A stretch of DNA of 61,500 bases. Origin: a virus (Duplodnaviria; Caudoviricetes). How positions within the stretch are numbered: position 1 is the stretch's first letter; each line of letters starts with the position of its first letter. Location of the stretch: positions 1 to 61,500 of the IMG/VR virus record IMGVR_UViG_3300017740_002729; one strand, written 5' to 3'. Positions 19,032-28,700 of the stretch are shown one piece after another. The notes under the pieces were generated by a model. That model was not told the DNA's origin. It was given only the letters and a program-made list of their open reading frames with translations, and made no database searches. Position numbers and translations under genes: made by a program.

Positions 19032-19463
19032 ATGGCTTACGAATTAGGGCAAAAATTAGTAATCGATACAGAAGAGTTTAACAACTTTGCAATCGGTTTA
19101 ACATTACCTCTACAAAGAGGTAACACTGGATATTTTGCCCAATCGTTTACAACTACTGAACAAGTGAGAAGTAATATTATTAATCTTTTAAAAACTAAAA
19201 GAGGAGAAAGATTATTTCAACCTGAATTTGGTAGTGGATTGCATGGTTTGTTATTTGAACAAGCCACAGATACGTTAGAGGAGGATATTGAAGAAACAAT
19301 AAACTCAGCATTAGAACAATGGTTACCATATGTTGTGGCAGAAGAAATAAATATTGATATTAGTAAAGAGATGACTGATTTCAATCAAGCATCGGTTTCA
19401 ATTAAATTTAAATTAGAAGGACAACAAACGTTAGATACAGTAACTTTCGTAGTTTCAGAATAA
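19032..19463 (+). CDS. Baseplate wedge/sheath initiator (GPW/gp25)
   Basis: NIINLLKTKRGERLFQPEFGSGLHGLLFE, QWLPYV. Confidence 0.92.
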   Translation: MAYELGQKLVIDTEEFNNFAIGLTLPLQRGNTGYFAQSFTTTEQVRSNIINLLKTKRGERLFQPEFGSGLHGLLFEQATDTLEEDIEETINSALEQWLPYVVAEEINIDISKEMTDFNQASVSIKFKLEGQQTLDTVTFVVSE

Positions 19464-19464
19464 T

Positions 19465-21516
19465 ATGGCATTAAATAATCAAATAAAGAATTTTAAGAAT
19501 AAGGGTAGGGATATAAAATACCTTAACAAAGATTTCGAAGCATTTAGAACTAATCTAATGGATTTCGCAAAAACTTACTTCCCTTCTACTTACAATGACT
19601 TTAACGAGTCATCACCTGGTATGATGTTCATTGAAATGGCATCTTATGTTGGTGATGTATTGGGTTATTATATCGATGATACATTAAAAGAATCATTACT
19701 AACAACTGCTGAAGATAGAGAGAATATATTTGAACTATCTAAGTTTATGGGATATAAACCAAAAGTAACTTCACCAGCGGTAACTAATTTGACTGTTTAT
19801 CAATTAGTACCTTCGAGAATAAAAGCTGACCCAATAGCTAGTGGTGATTTAAGATATGAACCAGATAGTGATTATTTTTTAAGAGTAAAAGAAGGTATGG
19901 AGGTTGATGCTGATGGTGTAACCTTTAGAACAACAGAATTATTAGATTTCTCAGTAGAAGATGGTAGAGAAATAACAATCTATGAAAGAGATGGTGATAC
20001 TAATACACCAACATTCTACTTAGTAAAAAAATATGTAGATGTGATATCTGCAACAGAAAAAGAATTAGAAATAACATTTGGAGCAGGTACTGGGGAATTT
20101 GCTAAGATAGATATACCCGATACTGATGTTATTCAGATATATGATGTAAGAGATAGTAATAATAACAAATACTATGAAGTACCTTACTTAGCACAAGAGA
20201 TGGTTTATGTTGAATATTCAAATACAGAAACGCAGGATAAGGACTTATATCAATTTAAAGATACAGTTCCATCGATATTAAAACTAATAAAAACACCAAG
20301 AAGATTTAAAAGTGTAATTAATCCAAATGGTTCTACTACAATACAATTTGGTAGTGGTGATGCTGGTAAGGATGATGAATTACTAATACCAAACTTTAAG
20401 AATGTAGGTTTAGGATTACCAAATTCTATAAATAGATTAGGCGCATCCTTTGACCCATCTAATTTCTTAATGACAAAATCATATGGACAATCTCCAAAAA
20501 ATACTACTATAACAGTTAAGTATTTTGTAGGGGGTGGTGTTTCTACAAATGTAGCATCTAATACAATTAAAAGAATAACAAATGCTAACTTTGATGAAGA
20601 TTTAACAATATTCGATGAAGTAAAAAGAGGATTATATGCTCAAGCTAAAAATTCATTAGCAGTAAACAACGACCAACCAGCTAAAGGTGGTAGAGGAGCA
20701 GAAACCTTAGAAGAGATAAGAGAAAACGCTATAGCAAACTTTGGTTCTCAAAACAGAGCAGTAACCGCTAAGGATTATCAAGTTAGAGCATTATCAATGC
20801 CACCTAAGTTTGGTAACGTAACTAAAGCATTTGTTGCAGCTGATGGAAACTTAGATGATAATTCACCAGCATCAATATTAGCATCACCTGATTCACTATC
20901 TGAGTTCAGTACATTGATTCAAGATTTAGTAGAAGATGGAGATATATCAGATAAGGATGTAAAAGAAAAAGTAACTAAGTTTTTATCAAACAAAAAATCA
21001 AATACTAAAGAAAAAAATAATCCATTTGCGGTAAACCTTTATGTATTGGGATACAATTCTGATAAGCATTTATCACCATTAAACATAGCAGTTAAACAAA
21101 ATATAAAAACATATTTAAATGAATTTAGAGTTTTAACTGATGGTATAAATTTAATGGATGGATTTGTCATAAATATGGGATTAGATTTCTCTATAAGAGT
21201 GTATAGAGATTATAATAAGAGAGAAGTATTAACAAACTGTATCTCATCGATAAAAGAACATTTTGAAATCGATAATTGGACATTTAATATGCCAATCAAT
21301 ATTGGTGAAGTAGAAATGATTATTGGAAACATCGAAGGTGTACAATCTGTTGTAGAGTGTACATTTAAAAATTTATGTGGAGAATCATCTGGATATTCTC
21401 CAAACGCATATGATGTATTGGCGGCTACGAAGAATAAACAAATTTATCCTTCATTAGACCCATCAATATTTGAAATTAAGTATCCAGATAACGATATAAA
21501 AGGAAGAGTTGTATAA
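19465..21516 (+). CDS. Baseplate wedge protein (T4 gp6-like)
   Basis: NKDFEAFR, YNDFNESSPG, GYKPK, QFGSG, GGRGAET, SQNRAVTAKDY. Confidence 0.9.
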   Translation: MALNNQIKNFKNKGRDIKYLNKDFEAFRTNLMDFAKTYFPSTYNDFNESSPGMMFIEMASYVGDVLGYYIDDTLKESLLTTAEDRENIFELSKFMGYKPKVTSPAVTNLTVYQLVPSRIKADPIASGDLRYEPDSDYFLRVKEGMEVDADGVTFRTTELLDFSVEDGREITIYERDGDTNTPTFYLVKKYVDVISATEKELEITFGAGTGEFAKIDIPDTDVIQIYDVRDSNNNKYYEVPYLAQEMVYVEYSNTETQDKDLYQFKDTVPSILKLIKTPRRFKSVINPNGSTTIQFGSGDAGKDDELLIPNFKNVGLGLPNSINRLGASFDPSNFLMTKSYGQSPKNTTITVKYFVGGGVSTNVASNTIKRITNANFDEDLTIFDEVKRGLYAQAKNSLAVNNDQPAKGGRGAETLEEIRENAIANFGSQNRAVTAKDYQVRALSMPPKFGNVTKAFVAADGNLDDNSPASILASPDSLSEFSTLIQDLVEDGDISDKDVKEKVTKFLSNKKSNTKEKNNPFAVNLYVLGYNSDKHLSPLNIAVKQNIKTYLNEFRVLTDGINLMDGFVINMGLDFSIRVYRDYNKREVLTNCISSIKEHFEIDNWTFNMPINIGEVEMIIGNIEGVQSVVECTFKNLCGESSGYSPNAYDVLAATKNKQIYPSLDPSIFEIKYPDNDIKGRVV

Positions 21517-22574
21517 TGTATTATTTTTTAACCGCATCTAAGGACACAACAATATTTTCTCAGCAAGCTGTACAGAATACAGGATTGGATGAGATATTAG
21601 AAGTGTCTAAAGTTTATTATGGGAACTTAAAGGATACTGCTCGTTCTTTAGTAAAATTTGATTTAAATACACTTCCATCCAAATTATCATCTGGAGCAGT
21701 AACTATGAGTGAAGCACAGATAGTAATCAGAGAAACACAACCAAGTGAAATAGCATTAGCATACTCATTACATATACACCCAATATCTCAATCTTGGGAA
21801 ATGGGAATAGGTACTCGTTTTGATAACATATCAACGGATGGTTGTACTTGGAACTATAGAGCAAGTGGTAGTAAGTGGCTACCTACCGAAGTTCCAAATG
21901 GTGGATTGGCTACTGGCTCTTATGATGGTAGAGGTGGTATGTGGTACACCGCATCCGAACAAACCCAATCATATGAATACCAATCAACTGATTTAGAAAT
22001 TGATGTATCTTCATCTCTTTCGTTTTGGTTAGATGATAATTACCCAAATGAAGGATTTATCATAAAACACAGCGATAGCAAAGAGAATGATGATATAGAT
22101 TATGGACAATTAAAATTCTTTAGTAAAGATACCAATACAATATACCAACCAAAAATTAGAATAGGTTGGGATGATAGTAGGTATGAAACAGGTTCACTAA
22201 CCGATTTACCAGAAGAATACAAAATATCACTAAAAAGATTAAAGAAATCTTACAAAGAGGGAACTAGAGCTGATATTGAAGTATTCGCAAGAGAATTGTA
22301 TCCACAAAAAACATTCAACAACACATTCGGATACTCCACAGGCAGTTTACTTCCAACATCATCATTCTACCAAATTAGAGATTTCGAAAGTAATGATATT
22401 ATAATTCCGTTTTCGGATTATTCTAAACTAAGTACATACAACGATAAAAGTAGAATTAGTTTAGATTTTACAAATTTTGAAATTAACAGAAGTTATAAAG
22501 TAGAATTGAAAATAGAACGTAGTGGTTCTGTTGAATTTTTTGATGATGATTATATTTTTGAAGTAACTAAATAA
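21516..22574 (+). CDS. Virion structural protein (DNRLRE-like beta-sandwich)
   Basis: ASKDTTI, NTGLDEILE, RSLVKFD, NEGFIIK, FFSKDT..YQPKI; baseplate context. Confidence 0.6.
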   Translation: MYYFLTASKDTTIFSQQAVQNTGLDEILEVSKVYYGNLKDTARSLVKFDLNTLPSKLSSGAVTMSEAQIVIRETQPSEIALAYSLHIHPISQSWEMGIGTRFDNISTDGCTWNYRASGSKWLPTEVPNGGLATGSYDGRGGMWYTASEQTQSYEYQSTDLEIDVSSSLSFWLDDNYPNEGFIIKHSDSKENDDIDYGQLKFFSKDTNTIYQPKIRIGWDDSRYETGSLTDLPEEYKISLKRLKKSYKEGTRADIEVFARELYPQKTFNNTFGYSTGSLLPTSSFYQIRDFESNDIIIPFSDYSKLSTYNDKSRISLDFTNFEINRSYKVELKIERSGSVEFFDDDYIFEVTK

Positions 22575-23953
22575 TGGCATTAGAAAAAGAAGAAAGAATA
22601 ATTGAACTACAACAAAGTGGTTCTAGCGCTCTCAAATCATTAGATGAATTTGGTAGGCACACTTTTCTTGCTCCACAAATGGGTGGAGAAATGGATGGAG
22701 AAATTGCTGGTAGACTTCGTAGAATGAAATATGATGAGGAAGAGTTAATCAAAGCAATTGATACTTCTGTAAATGAACTTATAAAATCTAAACCAGACCC
22801 AAAGGTTGATGTAGTTGAATTAGATGAATATGAAAGAGTTTTAGCTCAGTTAGAACAAGCTAACAGTTTATTAGCTGATGTAAGGTCGGAATTACAATCA
22901 CAAAAAGGAATATCTGGAGCATTAAGGTCAGAAATAGAAGGATTTAAAGCTGATTTAGATGCATCTTTGGTTAGAGTAGCAATTGCTGAAAATCAATCAG
23001 AAGCTACCAATGATAAGTTTGTAGGTACAGTAAATGATTTACAACAATCAATACAAAAGGGTACATTAGAAGCAATAGAGAGAGTTTCCTTAGAAGCTCA
23101 AGTAGAAGGTTTAGCTGCACAAAAAGAAGCATTGGTTTCACAAGTTGCATCTTTAGAAGAATCATTATCTGGAAAATCAGCTCAACTTGCTCAAGGGGGT
23201 AAAGCAGCTGGAAATAAATTTACAGCTATTATAAAAGAAAAAGCAGACCCCAAAAGCACAGATTTAAGATATTATCAAGCTAAAAAAGGACCAAATACAG
23301 GTTGGAAGAATGGACCAACTATTGAGGTATTAAATATATCAGAAGAACCACTATCAGTATCATTTAGTAAAGATGGTTCAACAAGTTGGTTAGCAGTACC
23401 GGGTAGTGGTACAGTTGCATCTGGTGAGAGTAGAAACTTTATATGTAGAAAACAAGGTGGATGGATGAAGGGAGATAAAAAAGGAAACTTAACTGTAAAG
23501 TCTGGAGCTGAAAGTGTTGTATTCAGCGCAGGTTACAGAGGAGATAAGAACAGTAAGAAAATAGTATGTGCTGAATTATATCATCAAGGTTGGATTCCAT
23601 ATGAGATATTCAGAGCGGATGAAGATTGGGGAGATGCTATGTTCTTAAAAGACCCAAAATTGGTTGTAGGTTATCAAATGTGGTCTAAACATATTGTTAA
23701 CTTTATGAGAAAGTATCCACAATACACTGGATTGGTTTATTATGGTATGAGTAAATATTGGTGTCATTGGATGGCTCACCAAATGGGAGTTGTAAAAACA
23801 AACAACTTATTGGGTCAAGCAATACATTGGGTAGGAAAACATCTATCTTATTATGTTTACGATAATTATGGTGGGGATAGAATTTATAGATTCCTACTTA
23901 AAAAAGTTTTAGTTGAATCATTTGATGAATTTAAATCACATTTAAAAGAATAA
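22574..23953 (+). CDS. Structural protein: coiled coil, Ig-like domain and C-terminal KIVC..LY domain
   Basis: Long heptad region, beta-rich middle, distinct helical C-terminal domain from about 23558. Confidence 0.7.
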   Translation: MALEKEERIIELQQSGSSALKSLDEFGRHTFLAPQMGGEMDGEIAGRLRRMKYDEEELIKAIDTSVNELIKSKPDPKVDVVELDEYERVLAQLEQANSLLADVRSELQSQKGISGALRSEIEGFKADLDASLVRVAIAENQSEATNDKFVGTVNDLQQSIQKGTLEAIERVSLEAQVEGLAAQKEALVSQVASLEESLSGKSAQLAQGGKAAGNKFTAIIKEKADPKSTDLRYYQAKKGPNTGWKNGPTIEVLNISEEPLSVSFSKDGSTSWLAVPGSGTVASGESRNFICRKQGGWMKGDKKGNLTVKSGAESVVFSAGYRGDKNSKKIVCAELYHQGWIPYEIFRADEDWGDAMFLKDPKLVVGYQMWSKHIVNFMRKYPQYTGLVYYGMSKYWCHWMAHQMGVVKTNNLLGQAIHWVGKHLSYYVYDNYGGDRIYRFLLKKVLVESFDEFKSHLKE

Positions 23954-23954
23954 A

Positions 23955-25763
23955 ATGGCTATAAAAAATTTTAAAAGTATTTTAGATAAGACCGGCTACT
24001 ACGTTAGTGAGAAGGATAGGAAAATCTTTGAGAGAGGTTCTCTTCCTGCTTACTTTGGTAGAGGTATGACTGATACTATTGAATTTATTTTATATGACCA
24101 AGGTGATAATATTTTACCTCAAGGTAAAGATGGTAAAATGGTAAGGTATGTAGATATATCTAACAAAGAAGCCATTAGAAGATATATTCTAATTGTGAGA
24201 CCTCAAGTATCAAATAAACCAAATGAGTATTTTGTTGATGTTGAAAAACTAATTAATGAAGCTGGATATAAAAATGGTATATTTAAAACCCAAGTAACAC
24301 TACTTAATAAAAGAGTTGGTAGTGAGAAAAAAACCAATAAACTTTGGGTACATGAAATATCACCATCAAGAACTGAAATTAGGGTTTTACCATTAAAGGT
24401 TGAGAATAAAAGATTACAAAACGATTTATTAACTCGATATGATATATTCCTCAGAGATGGTGAATTTAGAGATGATATTGTAAATAGATTACAAGCATTC
24501 CAATCTACACTAAATGCTGAATCGGTTAAGAAAGTATTACAAAACGCATATGGTGAGGATTGGATAAAATTAGTTAAATCAGAATTTCAAGTTCCTGATA
24601 TAGATGATTTTTTAAGAAGAGTGGTTGAGAAATCTAAAGAAGCTCTAAACCACTTTATAGCAGGTAAAGAATTTAAAATAAAAAGTAGTAGATATGGTGA
24701 ACCATTACGAAGAAAACAATCAGCTGCTTTGGATATAATGAGATTATATAAAGTATCCAATCAAATAGTTTGTGATGTTATTGAGGACTTTTTACCTAAA
24801 CGTAATATTATAAGAAAAACTCAAGCTAGCCCAATTATGCTAGAATCAAGAGATAAGTTAGGAAAGATACTTCAACAATTTACATCTAATAAAACATTAG
24901 ATACTAAGGCTAGTGTGGTTGCTAAGGTAATAAAACCAAGACCAATAAAAAAAGGTAGGGTAACTGTTAAACCACCACCACCGCCACCACCGAAACCTGT
25001 AATTATTAAAACACCACCAAAAGTATATTATTTTTATCAATGTACTGCAAATGGTAAAATAGGAAGACCAAGTAAAAGTAGATTTGGTAAAAGTATTTCA
25101 CCTGTAGCAAGAGGAGGCGGAGGAGGATGCTATCAAATGCTATCAGCATTTTTTAGTTATGAAGATATGAATGGCAATAAGATTAAATTTAATCTGAAGC
25201 CAGGTAGTAGCTCTAAAATATGTGCATTAGAAGGTTCGGTAGTTGCAACTGGAGGAGGTAGAATTGTAAAGAAAGAACTATGTAAGGTTAAGAATTATAA
25301 ACCAATCATAGTTAAACCTAAGCCATATATACCACCACCGCCACCGCCACCACCGAAACCTATTGAGATAAAGCCAGTTCCTATTTTGAACTTGCCTTTT
25401 AAATTTCCACCATTGAAGTTGGATTTTCCACCTATTAAACCATTTCCACCAATTAAGTGGCCAATAATGCCTGCTAATACAGGACAATATTCTACGCTAT
25501 CAAAAGAGTTAGCGAAAATAAATCCACCGATACCTAAACCAGCACCAAAGCCAACACCACCACCACCTCCAATCATACCACCAGCTGTCAGAGTACAATC
25601 AGAAGCTGTTGGAATTGACCCAGATGCATATTTAAAAAGTATGAGGGATAGAGGAGCCGCAATGGGCGGTGGCGGAGGAATGGGAACATTCGGAGGTTAT
25701 AGAAAAACATCATTCGGAAGTGGGTTCAGCCCCTTCGGAAGTAATAGATTTAATACATACTAA
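23955..25763 (+). CDS. Structural protein with polyproline C-terminal half
   Basis: HEISPSRTEIRV motif; PPPPPPP/KP-rich stretches; FG/G-rich tail. Confidence 0.75.
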   Translation: MAIKNFKSILDKTGYYVSEKDRKIFERGSLPAYFGRGMTDTIEFILYDQGDNILPQGKDGKMVRYVDISNKEAIRRYILIVRPQVSNKPNEYFVDVEKLINEAGYKNGIFKTQVTLLNKRVGSEKKTNKLWVHEISPSRTEIRVLPLKVENKRLQNDLLTRYDIFLRDGEFRDDIVNRLQAFQSTLNAESVKKVLQNAYGEDWIKLVKSEFQVPDIDDFLRRVVEKSKEALNHFIAGKEFKIKSSRYGEPLRRKQSAALDIMRLYKVSNQIVCDVIEDFLPKRNIIRKTQASPIMLESRDKLGKILQQFTSNKTLDTKASVVAKVIKPRPIKKGRVTVKPPPPPPPKPVIIKTPPKVYYFYQCTANGKIGRPSKSRFGKSISPVARGGGGGCYQMLSAFFSYEDMNGNKIKFNLKPGSSSKICALEGSVVATGGGRIVKKELCKVKNYKPIIVKPKPYIPPPPPPPPKPIEIKPVPILNLPFKFPPLKLDFPPIKPFPPIKWPIMPANTGQYSTLSKELAKINPPIPKPAPKPTPPPPPIIPPAVRVQSEAVGIDPDAYLKSMRDRGAAMGGGGGMGTFGGYRKTSFGSGFSPFGSNRFNTY

Positions 25764-25790
25764 TGAGATTCGGCGGAAGTAATAGATTTA
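25736..25790 (+). repeat. 17-bp direct repeat CGGAAGTAATAGATTTA across a gene junction
   Basis: Copies at 25736-25752 and 25774-25790. Confidence 0.9.
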
Positions 25791-28700
25791 GAAATAGAAA
25801 CAAAAGAGCTAATCAGTTAACTGGTAGGAGAAGTCGAGGTGGAGGACAAACTTTAAATCTTTCAGCTGGTGCATCTGCTCAGTTGCTTAGACTTAAGCAA
25901 ATTGCTCCAAAACCAGCTCCAATGAAAATAGTGAGAGTGCCTTCAAATGCTAGGCCATCATCTATTACAGCAACTAGAGTAGTAATACCACCTGCTCCAC
26001 CAATTTTACCACCACCAAGGGTAAATCCACCACCAAGAAAATCAAAACCAGCGGCTGAGCCAGATTATAATCCACCGGTGGTTAGAACGGCTGTACAAAT
26101 AACGGGTAATACTATTCAACGTAATTTACAACCAAAAGCGGTATATGAAACACCAAAACCATTTAATACTAGATTTATACCACCACCAGGTGGTAATTTA
26201 AGTAATTCGGCATTAGCAAGACTTAGGTCACAAACACCAGTTAAACCACCAGTAAATAGACCTACACGTCCAATAGCTATTGGTAGTCCAATGGTAAGAG
26301 GAATATCTACTGATAGAGGATTTACAGATGGAGTAGCTGCAAGTACTGTGGGTGGAACTTTAAATGAAGGATTACAACCAATGGCTGTATTGATGGACCA
26401 GTACGATGCTAGAGCTAATGAAATTAGAAATAATCCTTTTGCTACACAAAATACAGGTCAATTAGAACAAGAAGTTATTAATCAAATTGGGGTAAGACCA
26501 AGGGGGCCTGTAAGAATACCACCTCCACCAAGGGTAGATGTAAAGCCACCTATTAGAACATATCCTAAACCAATACCTAACCCACCACTACCTAAGCCGG
26601 ATATTCCAAATAAGGATTTTACACTTACTGTTGGTTCAACTCCAGGTGGTGCAAATATTTATATGGATGGTAAAAAGGTAGGAAGTGCTTTTACAGTAAT
26701 TACCCTTCCTTATAAATCAATATTAGGTGTAACTAAAAAAATAACCGCTCAATTAACTGGTTATACAAATAGATTGGGTAGAGATGCAGTTTATTATACA
26801 ATTACAGGTGTAACAAAAACTGTACAGATTAAAGAAAATTACGATACCTATGAATTTGATGATGTAATTGAACCTGATGAATTAGTAGATATAAGACGAG
26901 GCCCAAGAGGTAATTTTGGAATTGAAGATAGAGGATTTGGAGGATTTGGTGGACAGGGTTCTCCTGAAGGAGGTTTTTATGGAACTAATCTGAATAGACG
27001 TGAAAGAGATAGATTCGATAGAGATAAATCTCCATTTGGAGGAAGGGTTACTAAAAAAAGAAGAAAAGTAACAAAGACACGAATTAAATCCGTAGATAAA
27101 TACGAGATTGTAGTTAAAAAATATCTGAAGGGTAAAGAAGTTTCAGGTGGATTACCAAGCAACCAACTACGTCATTTAATTTTTGATTTCAAAAAAGTAA
27201 TAATTGATATTAAGGATGATGATATCAAAGATGATTATCCTAAAAAAACCGATGACCCACCACCACCGCCGGTAAATCCCGAACTATTAATAGTTTCTAA
27301 GGGTGGAAGAATGAATACGTTTAATGTAAACGTAAAGGGAGAAAACATAACAAACTCAGCTGGGAACTATTCATCAAAAAAACCATTTACAGTAACAATT
27401 ACACAAGTTGCAGGATATGATATAAAAGGATTTGGGATTTTAAAAGGTCAAATAGATGACCAACCCGATGAACCAGCTATGGAGCAGTTAGATTTAAATG
27501 AACTAACTATTGATGTAGGTGGTAAGATGACTATCTATGTTGACTGGCAAAATGAAGTCAAAATACTTAAACCAAGTGTAACGTTAAATAATAATTCATT
27601 TACTATCAACATTGGTGAGCTCACTAATGGTTTAGGTGGAATTATAATAGGATATGCATCTCAAAACGCATCTACTATTAAATTACAACTTAGAAAAATA
27701 GCAAGAACCAACACAAACCAAGCTGGTACATTTTCATTAAATCCAAATGTATTTTCTGAAGGCGTAGGACAATATGTTGGATATGTAATTCCAAATAACC
27801 CCGGATATGGTGATGGTGAAAAGAAAAGATTTACTGTAAATGTTATTTCTAAAACTTTCTTACCTGGACCTGATATTGTTAACATAACATATCCATCGTT
27901 AGTAAAAGGAGCAGATTTTAGAGGATTAAATGTAGATTTTACCATTGGATATGAATCTGTAAATACAAATTATGTAAACATATCCGTAGGAGCTCCTGAT
28001 ATATTTTATGGTAAATTTGGAAAAGCACAAGCGGTTGATTTTAATATAGCAAGAATATTAAAGTTAGCTGGTGATAAAATAAAAGATGAAGATGAGGATA
28101 ATATCAAATTTAGTATATTCCTCTGTCCATACAATACAGCAACGGATAAAGTAGTAAAAGGTAAAGTAGAAGAATTATCTATTACATTTGATAAAGGAAA
28201 TTTAACATTATCAAGAGGAGATGTGGTTGAAAGATTATGTTCAGCATTCCAATTTGATTTTACTACATTTGATGATGAAACATCTAAATACCTAACTCAC
28301 TTAGCACATTTTGGTGATGGTAATAATAAACTTATAACAACTTGGGAAACGGATGATGTAACCTTTGTTGATTTTAAAGCAGACCCTATAACAGGTAAAG
28401 CAACTGATAAGAGACGTGGTGGATTTGATAGTTTGGTTTTAAAATTATATGAACCATTAGAAAAATCAATTCAACCAAACTCTACATTATTTTTATCTAA
28501 AATAATTACACCATCTGTAATTGAAGAAATTTCTATCATAGATGATGCGGAAGAATATTGTGTACCATTAAAAGGACCTAATTTTGGTGTAAATCTATGT
28601 GGAACACCAAGTGATATGGGATACACACTAATAGATGAATTAGTAGATAGTGGTTCTCAATCATCAGCAAAGTTAATAAATACATTTGTATCTAAGAGTG

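Noticed and set aside
25110-25150. GGGGGC in 23955..25763 as the start of a Hint/intein domain
   Set aside because: No downstream Hint blocks (TxxH, terminal HN); the sequence passes into a polyproline tract
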